From the NCBI GenBank assembly GCA_030706385.1, contig JAUZOQ010000006.1, positions 1,196 to 65,195 on the forward strand: a stretch of 64,000 bases of DNA, read 5' to 3'. A program made the translations under genes and the position numbers. This document shows, in pieces, positions 1 through 9,527 of this stretch; position 1 is the first letter of the stretch; each line of letters begins with the position of its first letter. The notes under the pieces are model-generated. The model saw only the letters and a program-made list of their open reading frames with translations. It was not told the DNA's origin and made no database searches. Origin of the DNA: Bacteroidota bacterium (lineage in GTDB: Bacteria; Bacteroidota; Ignavibacteria; Palsa-1295).

Positions 1-403
1 CTCGATTTCCATAGCTTTCACGGATAGAGGCTTTCAGTTTGTTCCAATGTGCACTATCCGATGTACTTCCATGATACGGTTCCACTAGACATGAAAGAAA
101 GGTTTGGGACGAATCCTGAGGATTAGAAAAAACCAATCGGTAAATGCGACGAGTTTCGTCGTATGATTCCTCGGCATCCCAGCCGGGATTGGCCTCAATT
201 GAAATATCGGTGAGTGTTGCATGAAAAACTCTCCGAAGACCAGGAAGGATGGTACTTGTTTGTGCCGGGTGTCTTATTTTCTTGTTCTGCGCATGTAGCT
301 TCAGGTTGAAAACAAAAAGCAGTGCGAGGGCTGAGCCGACGACTCCCAATTTTCGGAATGCGCAAACTTTTGACGAATCAGAATTGGCGGAACGCTTAGG
401 CAT
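1..403 (-). CDS. Partial CDS (3' end lies beyond the window start); hypothetical protein with a signal-peptide-like N-terminus
   Basis: Open minus-strand frame from the ATG at 403-401 down through position 1 with no stop. N-terminus reads MPKRSANSDSSKVCAFRKLGVVGSALALLFVFNLKLHAQ, a charged n-region followed by a hydrophobic stretch. It is not in the ORF track because it is truncated by the window edge. The start overlaps the stop of the upstream cupin gene by 8 nt. No recognisable family. Confidence 0.3.
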   Translation of the reverse strand, partial: MPKRSANSDSSKVCAFRKLGVVGSALALLFVFNLKLHAQNKKIRHPAQTSTILPGLRRVFHATLTDISIEANPGWDAEESYDETRRIYRLVFSNPQDSSQTFLSCLVEPYHGSTSDSAHWNKLKASIRESYGNR

Positions 404-986
404 TCGTGACCTTGCTGTGAACACTGTTCCGGAACACGAATTTGTCTTTTTCGTGCTTCACAATATTCTCTGATTCCTTAGGAATCAACGCGGGATAATC
501 ATCGGTCACGTGATAGATATCGCCAGTTTTAAGGTCGAAAACTCGGACATCGGAAGTTGGAGGAGAATAGATATGTAGCCCAACGTATGGCTCCTCGGAG
601 GAAATATTCTGGAGCGAGTGGATCATTCCACTTTCAAGCCGCACGCATTCATGTGCCTTCATCGTCGCCCGTTCAAGCAGATCAAGAATTCCATCGTGCA
701 TCTCGTACCGAAAATGCTCAATCTCGCCGCTGTAGGCATAGACAATCCCAATCGCCGTCCCATGATCATGCACATCGCACCAGCCTCCTTTTGGCCAACA
801 TCCGACAATGACTTCGTAGCGATCGTTCAACGCGATCATCGAACGCCCATAGGGAAGCTCAAAAGCGGAGATAGCCATGATCTCTTCACGCAATGGAAGA
901 TTCTGTTCGAGTATACGTTCAAGTGTTTCTATTCGGTAATCTTCGGAATTTTCAAGAGCCTGCAAGAGGGCATCAATAGTGTTCAT
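396..986 (-). CDS. Cupin-fold thiol dioxygenase (cysteine dioxygenase type I-like)
   Basis: 196-aa ORF. Cupin motif GGWCDVHDHG: G-x5-HxH with the usual metal-ligand glutamate absent, as in cysteine and 3-mercaptopropionate dioxygenases. A second His lies downstream (MIHSLQN). No signal peptide. Confidence 0.55.
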   Translation of the reverse strand: MNTIDALLQALENSEDYRIETLERILEQNLPLREEIMAISAFELPYGRSMIALNDRYEVIVGCWPKGGWCDVHDHGTAIGIVYAYSGEIEHFRYEMHDGILDLLERATMKAHECVRLESGMIHSLQNISSEEPYVGLHIYSPPTSDVRVFDLKTGDIYHVTDDYPALIPKESENIVKHEKDKFVFRNSVHSKVTNA

Positions 987-1427
987 CTACGGCAGATAGT
1001 ATTAATATGAAATCGCTGAATTCATTTGATAGTGTTAAATCTTAAAATAGGATATTTCATTCCTCTATTATTTAACGAAAATCGGAAACGACTCCAGACG
1101 AGTAGTTGTAACAAATCAGCAATTAGTCTCGTATAACGATTTGAATTTCCAAACTTACCATTGTTTCCCGGAGAGAAATTGCTGCCGCTCTTTCTCTGTA
1201 ATCCAAAAAATACTAAATAGTTAGATCAGACCCGCTGTGGCTTGGCATCCTATGGCTGGAGCCAGAACAGACCATGGTGCCGACTTCCGCAGATTCCGAC
1301 AGCGAGTATATCCGACTATTCTCGCTTTTTGAACTCTTCTTGCGCTAGGTAGAAGGCGACAAATGTCACAAACGTAACTTTTGTGGTGTCAATGTGTTAT
1401 AATATTGAACGCGTAACGATCGATTTC

Positions 1428-3545
1428 ATGCCCACCCTTTCATACCGAACTGCATCGGCAGTACTTCTGCTGGTTACTCTTCCCCTGATGGGGGTTGCGC
1501 AACTGCGTATTGCCACTGACCGAGATACTGTTGATTTTACAAAAGTAAAATTTGGATACTCCCGTGATGCAACAATCCGTGTTCTGAATATCTCGACTTC
1601 AACGGTCGATGTGAATACTATGACAATTGTGGACCAGAACTCGGTTGCAGGAGAATTCCAGATCATCGTTCCACAACCAACGACATACCACATCGATTCA
1701 GGTGACGGTCGGTCAGTTATTCTCAGATTTCGGCCGAGCTCATCAGGAATTCGAACAGCAGCACTTGAAATATTCACAGATGATGGAATAAAGGAAGTTA
1801 TTCTCAATGGCGAAGGATCGACAATACAGCCGGATATTCTTGTAGTACCGCAATCTATTGATTTCGGAATGTTAGCCCCGGGTGAATTCAAGGACACTAC
1901 AATTCTTGTCATTAGCGGAGATAAGGATAGCGCTACTATTCAGTGGATTAACGTAGCCAATGATAATGGTGAGATCGACTTTGATGTTGCTCCATTAGAT
2001 CCTAATGTTAGCTTTCCAATAGGAATAAAAACAGGCGATACAATAGTATTGAATGCGCGTTTTATCGGTCAGAATTTCAGTGGCCCAAGAACCGGTAGAG
2101 CAACAATGGAAGGTGAGGTCAGCGGCGGAATACTTTGTCTGTTCCGCGGGGCCGTGGGGATACCGGATATGGTATTCACCCCACAACTTCTGGACTTGGG
2201 AGTTGTGCCGCAAGGCTCTTCGGTGGATACATTCATTTCAATCTCAAGCATTGGCGAATCCTCGGTGAAATTGCAGAAGATCGATCCGCCGAATCCCCCT
2301 TACTCGATATCCCAAGTTCCGTCTTTTCCTTATTCGGTAGCGCCTGGTGATTCGCTAAAGATCGGAGTTCATTTCACTGCGACGAATCCGGGAGATTTCG
2401 AGGAGGGGATATCTGCATATTCGAAGAACGGAAAGGCACAAACGATAAACCGATCAGCTCTGCTTAAGGCTATCGTCATACCGAGCGTTCTTACTAAACA
2501 ATCTCCGACACCATTTGTGGTTTCCTGCGCCGTGGATTCACAATACCAGAGAATTCTCTCAATCTCCGACACGGGAATTTATCAAATTTCAGTGAGCGGC
2601 GTTGCCTGCAGTGATCCTGACATTAAGATCCAATATCCAAGGCTTTTTCCAGATACCATCCGTCCCGGAGAGTCTCGAAACATCGTCATAAATTATGATG
2701 CACATTCAAATTCTAGTGGAGGCAATCATTCTCTCATCGTAGATGTACTGACTGGTGGAAGAGTTGTAATTGCCGATACAGTTCGGGTGATAGTTCAACC
2801 GGAAACTGCGAAACTGGCAATTGCTCGATTCGTCTCACAGACTTCAGCATATATTGATGATATCGGAATCGTGACTCAAAGTGATATTGCCCGCTACAAG
2901 ATCTCGAATCTCACCCTTGCGGTCACGATCGATCCATCGGATGTTGCGGAGATCGATACCCAAAACGTTGTGATTGATCAATCAATTTTTCCGGACGCTA
3001 CTGCGAAGACAACATTTGATCGGTTGTCAGGAATCTATTCTATTGACATTTCGTCGACGACGCTATTGCCCTCAAGCCCTCTTCATGCTTTTGTGCACAT
3101 TCCGATTAAGTATTATATAGCAAAAGATTCTTCTGCAATTCTAAGAATTACGACTAGTAGTTCGGATGAAGTGGGATGTTTAGGCTTTGAAGACGACAGC
3201 ATCACTATTTCTTCCTCTGGTAATTGCGGAGATGGATTAGTCCGTAAACAATTGAAGAACACAAACCTATTTACCGTAACTAATGTCCTTCCAAATCCGG
3301 TTCGCGGTGATAGGGTGCGGATATCCTTTACTAACGCTGACGATATGAGCATGCTAGCTGAACTTGCCGATATTACTGGGAAAAGAGTTCTACGCTTGGA
3401 TGCGGGTTATTTCCTTAAAGGACTGAATACTACCACTCTAAAACTTCCGTCTCTTGCATCGGGAGAATACAATCTTCATCTGATAGGCAAAATGTCGGAT
3501 GGGAAGGAAGCTGAAATGTTCGAAACCTTAATTCTTGCTCAATAA
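1428..3545 (+). CDS. Secreted multi-domain Ig-like (ASH / choice-of-anchor-D-type) repeat protein with a T9SS C-terminal sorting domain
   Basis: Signal peptide MPTLSYRTASAVLLLVTLPLMGVAQ. The track ORF starts 45 nt upstream at 1383; the Met at 1428 is the more plausible start. Roughly 100-aa beta-sandwich-like repeats recur (FGxxxxGxxxDTTILVIS..., ...PGDSLKIGVHFTATNPGDFE...). The C-terminus LFTVTNVLPNPVRGDRVRISFTNADD...GEYNLHLIGKMSDGKEAEMFETLILAQ has the Por_Secre_tail pattern. Confidence 0.65.
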   Translation: MPTLSYRTASAVLLLVTLPLMGVAQLRIATDRDTVDFTKVKFGYSRDATIRVLNISTSTVDVNTMTIVDQNSVAGEFQIIVPQPTTYHIDSGDGRSVILRFRPSSSGIRTAALEIFTDDGIKEVILNGEGSTIQPDILVVPQSIDFGMLAPGEFKDTTILVISGDKDSATIQWINVANDNGEIDFDVAPLDPNVSFPIGIKTGDTIVLNARFIGQNFSGPRTGRATMEGEVSGGILCLFRGAVGIPDMVFTPQLLDLGVVPQGSSVDTFISISSIGESSVKLQKIDPPNPPYSISQVPSFPYSVAPGDSLKIGVHFTATNPGDFEEGISAYSKNGKAQTINRSALLKAIVIPSVLTKQSPTPFVVSCAVDSQYQRILSISDTGIYQISVSGVACSDPDIKIQYPRLFPDTIRPGESRNIVINYDAHSNSSGGNHSLIVDVLTGGRVVIADTVRVIVQPETAKLAIARFVSQTSAYIDDIGIVTQSDIARYKISNLTLAVTIDPSDVAEIDTQNVVIDQSIFPDATAKTTFDRLSGIYSIDISSTTLLPSSPLHAFVHIPIKYYIAKDSSAILRITTSSSDEVGCLGFEDDSITISSSGNCGDGLVRKQLKNTNLFTVTNVLPNPVRGDRVRISFTNADDMSMLAELADITGKRVLRLDAGYFLKGLNTTTLKLPSLASGEYNLHLIGKMSDGKEAEMFETLILAQ

Positions 3546-3581
3546 TTGGCTCTCGATCCTCTCATTGAAAGTCGGGCCATT

Positions 3582-4136
3582 ATGCGCGCAAATGCCATTG
3601 CATTGCGCGAGGCAATTCCGGAAGCAAAACGTAATTACTATACTAAGAGAATTCGCGAGAAAACTATTGCCTATCTGGCCTCTATTTCAGCGAAGTTTGT
3701 CCATATTTATATTGGGTTTAAATCAGAAGTTGGAACACTGGGTATCATTGAGGATCTCTTAGAATCAAATCTGAAAGTTGCTGTTCCAGTAATCGCAGGT
3801 GAGGGGAAGGACCTACATATGGTTCATGCCCGACTTGATAATCTCGCGAATGTTCGTACCGGAAAATTTGGAATACCTGAGCCCACAGTTGTACATGAAA
3901 TCTCTATTGAAGATCTTGATGCCGTCATTGTTCCGATGGTAGCCTTCGACGCCAGAGGTATGAGACTTGGGTATGGCAAAGGGTTTTACGACAGATTTCT
4001 CGCTACACTTTCACCAAAAACAGTCCGCATAGGACTTGCCTTTTCTCAACAAGAAATGGATAGGATCCCCATGTTATCCCACGATGAGCTAATAAATAAT
4101 ATTTTGACTGAACAATCTCACTTTTTTTTCAAGTAG
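3582..4136 (+). CDS. 5-formyltetrahydrofolate cyclo-ligase (MTHFS family)
   Basis: Contains the diagnostic GYGKGFYDRFL motif and GIPEP. Length is about 185 aa from the ATG at 3582. The track ORF starts at a TTG at 3546, directly abutting the upstream stop, so the true start is uncertain. Confidence 0.8.
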   Translation: MRANAIALREAIPEAKRNYYTKRIREKTIAYLASISAKFVHIYIGFKSEVGTLGIIEDLLESNLKVAVPVIAGEGKDLHMVHARLDNLANVRTGKFGIPEPTVVHEISIEDLDAVIVPMVAFDARGMRLGYGKGFYDRFLATLSPKTVRIGLAFSQQEMDRIPMLSHDELINNILTEQSHFFFK

Positions 4137-4318
4137 GCGATACAATCATGTTTCCATTGTAGTATATTTGAATCCGAAACAACAAGATTCCTGAATCGAT
4201 CGTCTTAGGTTTTGCCCCTTCGACACATAGTTTGCAGACGATTTAGGTTATTAGGATTACAGCACTTATCATCAACAAAATTGTCCCAAGGGCAAGTTTG
4301 GTTTATCGTCTATTATTT

Positions 4319-6478
4319 ATGAAAAAACTAATTGCGTTTCTCACAATTGCGATTGTGCTCGTGAATTTCACGGCATACGCGCAACAAACGTCAATGAGCA
4401 ATGTTCCCCGAACGATTAGTTATCAAGGCTATCTTGTCGATGCCATGAGTAATCCGTTATCCGGTGATCATATCATTACAGTTAATCTCTATGATTCCCC
4501 GATCGAAGGGACGCTGCTACACAGCGAAAAATTTACTTCACACGTTGAGCGCGGAGTATTTTCGGTCGCCATCGGATCAAGTGAGCCAATCGAGTCATCA
4601 CTCCATTTTGATAAGCCATATTGGCTCGGAGTAAGTGTTGACGGCGGCGGCGAACTATCACCACGCACGGCACTAGCGTCGGTTCCGTATGCAATGCATG
4701 CTGATGCTGCAAGTTCACTTAGCAAGGGTGCTGCCGGTGCAGTTACGACGGTCAATGGCAGAAGTGGCGACTTAATTCTCAAAGCGGGCGAAGGAACATT
4801 CCTTCAGACCGAAGGAAAGACGATTACTATTAATGCCATTTCTACAGGCTCCAGCGGTGTCAACTTTACACAGGGACTAGGTAATGTTAGCAGTGTTACT
4901 GGAACAACGAATCAAATAACCGCTTCTCCGACTTCCGGTAACGTTGTCTTAACACTACCTCAGAATATTCACTCAGGTGCGACTCCGGTATTTGCTGGCA
5001 TGACTCTTTCAAGTCTTACCACGCCGGGTGTAGTGCACAACAATGGAACGGGCGCTCTCTCTACGTCAACGATTGTCAATGCTGACGTATCTGCAACTGC
5101 TGACATTGCTGACACAAAACTTGCTACAATATCAACTTCTGGTAAAGTATCTAATTCGGCAACTACTGCTTCTTCTACAAATACGGCAAACACTATCGTA
5201 TTACGAGATGGATCAGGGAATTTCAGCGCAGGAACAATTACAGCTGTAGGGATGACCCTCAGCGGGAAAGTTAGTTCTGCTGCTACTTCTGCCGGAGATC
5301 CGGCAACATGCCTGACAACTAAAGGTTATGTGGATAATTCCGTAGCTTCAGCGTGGAATACGACTGGAAACAACGGACTAAGTACAGATAACTATCTCGG
5401 AACAAATGATGCCACCGATCTCTCGTTGCGTACTAGTGGCGCAGAGAGAATGAAAATTACCTCTGATGGCAGCATGGTTCTAGCAGGCACTTCTGGTAGT
5501 GTTCCGGTTTCTGGATTCGGTACTCGTATGATGTGGGTTCCATCTCTCGGGGCAATTCGTGCTGGTCGAGCCGATGGTTCGGAATGGGACGCTGCAAGCG
5601 AAGGAGCGCAATCAGTCGCAATGGGCTATGGTACGCTGGCCAGCGGTGCGCAATCGGTTGCTATGGGATTCTTCTCATCAGCTTATGGGACGGCTTCAAC
5701 TGCCTTCGGATCGGGAGCCAGCGCCTTCGTAGATGGGTCTACGGCCCTAGGAAGCGCTGTACAGGCTGCCGGGTATAATTCAGTCGCGCTTGGCGATAAC
5801 TCAACAGCATTCGGCGACGGCTCTGTCGCCATTGGTGGAAGCACGACAGCTAATGGATTGTATTCTACGACGATGGGGTATAACACGACAACCATGAATA
5901 ACTACGGAACGGCTATGGGCAAGAATCTGACTGTTGGTCTATCCAGTTTTGGATTTAACGGCAGCACGACCAATACCACAGTCAATGTCTCCGGGATGAA
6001 TAATGTGGCATATTTTGGCGATGTCGACCTCATCGTTGGCAACGAAGATAACACCGCACGTTCACTTAGACTCTATGGACCAAACAGCAGCAGTACTCTC
6101 AGCACAGGAAAATATACTGCTTTCAAAGCACGCTCTCAGAGCGCCAACATCACGTATTTACTGCCGACTGCTCAAGGAGCCAGCGGAAGCGTTCTTTCGA
6201 ATGATGGAGTAGGGAATTTGAGTTGGAAGGCACCGGTCTCCGCATATGGAACCACTTCAGCTGGTGGTACGATCAGCATCCCGTCCAACACGTCAGTGGT
6301 AAAGATCACCAATGATGCAGATTCACTCGCCAATTCCGTGACAATGCCCTCTGGAACAAACGGGCAGATCATCTACATCTATAACGATGATGATCAGGAC
6401 ACTTCAGGAGACGTTACGATCGCCGCTCATACGATGGGGTTATTCGTTTACGTTGATGGATGGAGAAAATCTAATTGA
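4319..6478 (+). CDS. Secreted tail-fibre-like / YadA-head (Hep_Hag-type) repeat protein
   Basis: Signal peptide MKKLIAFLTIAIVLVNFTAYAQ. N-terminal module ISYQGYLVD...GVFSVAIGS, typical of Bacteroidota proteins annotated as tail fibre domain proteins. Long Gly/Ser/Thr/Ala-rich region with tandem head-repeat-like units (AQSVAMGYGTLASGAQSVAMGFFSSAYGTASTAFGSGASAFVDGSTALGS...). No T9SS C-terminal domain. Confidence 0.55.
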   Translation: MKKLIAFLTIAIVLVNFTAYAQQTSMSNVPRTISYQGYLVDAMSNPLSGDHIITVNLYDSPIEGTLLHSEKFTSHVERGVFSVAIGSSEPIESSLHFDKPYWLGVSVDGGGELSPRTALASVPYAMHADAASSLSKGAAGAVTTVNGRSGDLILKAGEGTFLQTEGKTITINAISTGSSGVNFTQGLGNVSSVTGTTNQITASPTSGNVVLTLPQNIHSGATPVFAGMTLSSLTTPGVVHNNGTGALSTSTIVNADVSATADIADTKLATISTSGKVSNSATTASSTNTANTIVLRDGSGNFSAGTITAVGMTLSGKVSSAATSAGDPATCLTTKGYVDNSVASAWNTTGNNGLSTDNYLGTNDATDLSLRTSGAERMKITSDGSMVLAGTSGSVPVSGFGTRMMWVPSLGAIRAGRADGSEWDAASEGAQSVAMGYGTLASGAQSVAMGFFSSAYGTASTAFGSGASAFVDGSTALGSAVQAAGYNSVALGDNSTAFGDGSVAIGGSTTANGLYSTTMGYNTTTMNNYGTAMGKNLTVGLSSFGFNGSTTNTTVNVSGMNNVAYFGDVDLIVGNEDNTARSLRLYGPNSSSTLSTGKYTAFKARSQSANITYLLPTAQGASGSVLSNDGVGNLSWKAPVSAYGTTSAGGTISIPSNTSVVKITNDADSLANSVTMPSGTNGQIIYIYNDDDQDTSGDVTIAAHTMGLFVYVDGWRKSN

Positions 6479-6536
6479 TTTTATTTTAATACAGAGAGAG
6501 AGTATAGAAAGGCGGATAATTTATCCGCCTTTTTTA

Positions 6537-9428
6537 TTAGTGTGCGTCAAACCACGTGTTCCCAAATCCATAGTCCACTTCAATGACTACATCCATTGGT
6601 ATGGCATTTATCATTTTGTCCTTGACCAATTCAGCCAGTTCCTCATTTTCTTTCGGGTAAACATCGAAAACGAGTTCATCATGAACTTGCATGATCATCA
6701 GCGACTTCAGGTCTCTCTTCTCGATCTCGCGCTGAATATTGATCATTGCGATCTTTAAAAGTTCTGCAGCAGTGCCTTGGATAGGCATATTGATTGCTGC
6801 TCGCTCGTCCTGAGCACGAACTACGGCATTCGAAGCATTGATGTTCGTCATATAACGTCTTCTCCCAAGCAGCGTCTGAACATATCCTGTCTTTTTAGCG
6901 AAGGCGATGGTCGAATCGATGAAATGTTTTACCGTAGGAAAGGCGGTAAAGTAATTCTTAATAATTTGTGATCCTTCTTCCCTCGAAATGCCAAGCCTGT
7001 TAGCGAGTCCGAATGCACCAATACCATACATGATTCCATAGTTAATTTCCTTTGCCTTGCGGCGCATATCCCTTGTTACGTCTTCAGGCTTGACACCGAA
7101 AACTTTCGCCGAAGTCTGCGTATGGATGTCTTCTTTGTTTCTGAAGGCAGTAAGAAGCGCCTCATCTTTTGCGACATGTGCCATAATCCGAAGTTCGATT
7201 TGAGAATAGTCGGCGGAGAGTATTTGCCCACCATTAAATCGTGAGACGAAGGCTTTGCGCAAACCACGTCCCATTTCAGTGCGAACCGGAATATTCTGCA
7301 AATTTGGATCATTTGATGAAAGCCTCCCGGTAGCAGCCACAGCTTGATTGTATGTTGTATGGATCAGTCCGGTTTCCTTGTTGACAAGGAGTGGGATTGC
7401 ATCCACATAGGTGCTTCGGAGTTTCTGATACTGTCGATATTCGAGGATGGAAGCCGCAATTGGGTGATGCGCCTTCAATTGTTCCAATACACCGGCATCG
7501 GTTGAGAAGCCGGTTTTCGTTTTCTTGATTGTTGGAAGCCCAAGCTTATTAAATAGTAAGTCGCCAAGTTGTTTGGTTGAATCGATATTGAATTTGTCAC
7601 CTGCATATTCATAGATCTGCGTACAAAGATTCTGAGCCTCACGCTCCATTTCTTTGCTTACTTCGGCCAACATTACAGTATTAATCTTCACGCCATTGAA
7701 TTCGACTGTTGTCAGAACATCAATGAGGGGAAACTCTACTGAGTTACATAGATTGAGCAATCCCTGTTTTTCAACTTCCGGAATTAGAGCGCTCTTCAAT
7801 TGCAGAGTAATGTCGGCATCCTCTGCGCCATACTCCGAAAGAATTGGTGTCGGAATAGAGGCCATGATATCGTGAGAACTCTCTTTCTTAAGTTTGCCTG
7901 CTATGGCAGATAATGGGATGGGCTGATACTTCAGATAACGCAAAGATAAATCGTCCATCGATTGCATCCCTTCACCATGGAGAATTGATGCTGCAATCAT
8001 GGTATCAAAGCTAAGGGGTTTGATATGGATACCATGCCGCCGAAGTATTAATGCGTCATATTTGATATTTTGACCAATCTTGCCGATCTTCGGATTCTCT
8101 AAGACGGGTCTTATTTTTGGTAGCAATGTCTCAAGCAGCATACCGGTATTTGATGCGTTTGGCTCGCTACTCTTTATTCGTTCCTCATGCTTGTTCTCTG
8201 CAAAAAGAGATTCAGATTGAATTGGATTACCTTTTGTGAGTAATATCGGAATGTAATATGCTTCCCCTTTTTTTACTGAGAATGACATTCCTATTATTTC
8301 TGCAGACATGGCGCGGTTAGAAGTCGTTTCCAGATCGATACAGAATTCATCGGCCTTTGTAAGTTGGGCAAGGAGAGGCTTCAATTCAGCTTCAGAAGAT
8401 ACCGTACGATAATTGTGAGGTGTCGATTGAATAGTCTGTATTGGCCCTTCCAAAGGAACAGGGATTTGCTCGATCACTTCTTCCTCGACCAACGACGGAG
8501 CTGTAATTTCAGCTGGCGTTGGCTCTGACCCGAGAAATTCCTTTTCTTCGGCTTTAAGCTTCAAGAGAAGAGTCTTGAAACCAAGATCGACCAACATCTC
8601 CTCAAGTTTTCGGAAATCGGGAAGTTTTGAATAGCGGAGTGTATCGATACCGAATCCGAGCGGCACCTTCATATCGATAGTCGCTAGCTTCTGTGATAAC
8701 AAAGCATTCTCGCGTTCATTCGTTAGTTTCTCTTTCAGCGCCTTTTTAGTGATTGCCTCCAGATTCTGATAGATGCCGTTCAGGTCACCATATTGCTGTA
8801 ATAACGGAGTAGCTGTTTTTTCGCCGACACCACGAACGCCTGGAATATTGTCGCTTGAATCACCAACCAAAGCGAGATAATCAATGAATTGATTTGGCTT
8901 CAATCCATATTTCTTCACGACAGCATCTTCATCTAAGAGATCCATTAATGTACTATCCTTCGGACGCATTAACTTGATGTGTTGAGTAACAAGTTGGCAA
9001 AAGTCCTTATCCGGCGTGATGATTATTGTTTCGAGATTGTTCTGTTCTGCCAAATGTGATAACGTACCGATAATATCATCCGCCTCAAAACCATCGAGTT
9101 CGACCAAAGGAATGTTATACGCTTTTGTAATATCCTTGATGATTTTGATTTGCGGTCGCATATCTTCAGGCATTGCCTGACGCTGGGCTTTATATGCGGG
9201 ATACATCACATGTCGAAAAGTCGGAGCCGGTGTGTCGAAACAGACTGCCGCAAAATCGGGCTTATGCTTATCCAGAAATTGAAGAATCGCATTAACAAAC
9301 CCATATACTGCACTGGTATTCTCACCGCGAGAATTCGTGAGCGGGTGACCGATAAAAGCGAAATACGCGCGGTAGGCAATGGCCATTCCGTCGATGAGTA
9401 CCAGAAGTGGTGAATTATTTTCGGGCAT
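6537..9428 (-). CDS. polA: DNA polymerase I
   Basis: 963 aa. N-terminal 5'-3' exonuclease domain (DGMAIAYRAYFAF), a 3'-5' exonuclease-like middle section, and Pol A motifs RRKAKEINYGIMYGI (motif B) and QVHDELVFDV (motif C). Confidence 0.95.
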   Translation of the reverse strand: MPENNSPLLVLIDGMAIAYRAYFAFIGHPLTNSRGENTSAVYGFVNAILQFLDKHKPDFAAVCFDTPAPTFRHVMYPAYKAQRQAMPEDMRPQIKIIKDITKAYNIPLVELDGFEADDIIGTLSHLAEQNNLETIIITPDKDFCQLVTQHIKLMRPKDSTLMDLLDEDAVVKKYGLKPNQFIDYLALVGDSSDNIPGVRGVGEKTATPLLQQYGDLNGIYQNLEAITKKALKEKLTNERENALLSQKLATIDMKVPLGFGIDTLRYSKLPDFRKLEEMLVDLGFKTLLLKLKAEEKEFLGSEPTPAEITAPSLVEEEVIEQIPVPLEGPIQTIQSTPHNYRTVSSEAELKPLLAQLTKADEFCIDLETTSNRAMSAEIIGMSFSVKKGEAYYIPILLTKGNPIQSESLFAENKHEERIKSSEPNASNTGMLLETLLPKIRPVLENPKIGKIGQNIKYDALILRRHGIHIKPLSFDTMIAASILHGEGMQSMDDLSLRYLKYQPIPLSAIAGKLKKESSHDIMASIPTPILSEYGAEDADITLQLKSALIPEVEKQGLLNLCNSVEFPLIDVLTTVEFNGVKINTVMLAEVSKEMEREAQNLCTQIYEYAGDKFNIDSTKQLGDLLFNKLGLPTIKKTKTGFSTDAGVLEQLKAHHPIAASILEYRQYQKLRSTYVDAIPLLVNKETGLIHTTYNQAVAATGRLSSNDPNLQNIPVRTEMGRGLRKAFVSRFNGGQILSADYSQIELRIMAHVAKDEALLTAFRNKEDIHTQTSAKVFGVKPEDVTRDMRRKAKEINYGIMYGIGAFGLANRLGISREEGSQIIKNYFTAFPTVKHFIDSTIAFAKKTGYVQTLLGRRRYMTNINASNAVVRAQDERAAINMPIQGTAAELLKIAMINIQREIEKRDLKSLMIMQVHDELVFDVYPKENEELAELVKDKMINAIPMDVVIEVDYGFGNTWFDAH

Positions 9429-9527
9429 GTAACTTTTTATGTGGAATTAGGGAAATATAACGATAATGCGGCCGAAATAAAGCCGAGGATAGCTCTCGGA
9501 TATTCGATTCTAAATTTTATTTTTTCA

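Noticed and set aside
1397-1912. Antisense and internal ORFs within large genes (for example 1397-1912, 4489-4782, 23069-23617, 53404-54096, 57640-58158, 60944-61627, 50698-51009)
   Set aside because: They lie entirely inside, or antisense to, strongly supported CDSs (T9SS protein, fibre genes, metK, uvrA, pyrC, P5CDH). They have low-complexity or Arg/Ser-rich compositions typical of out-of-frame translation and lack start contexts.
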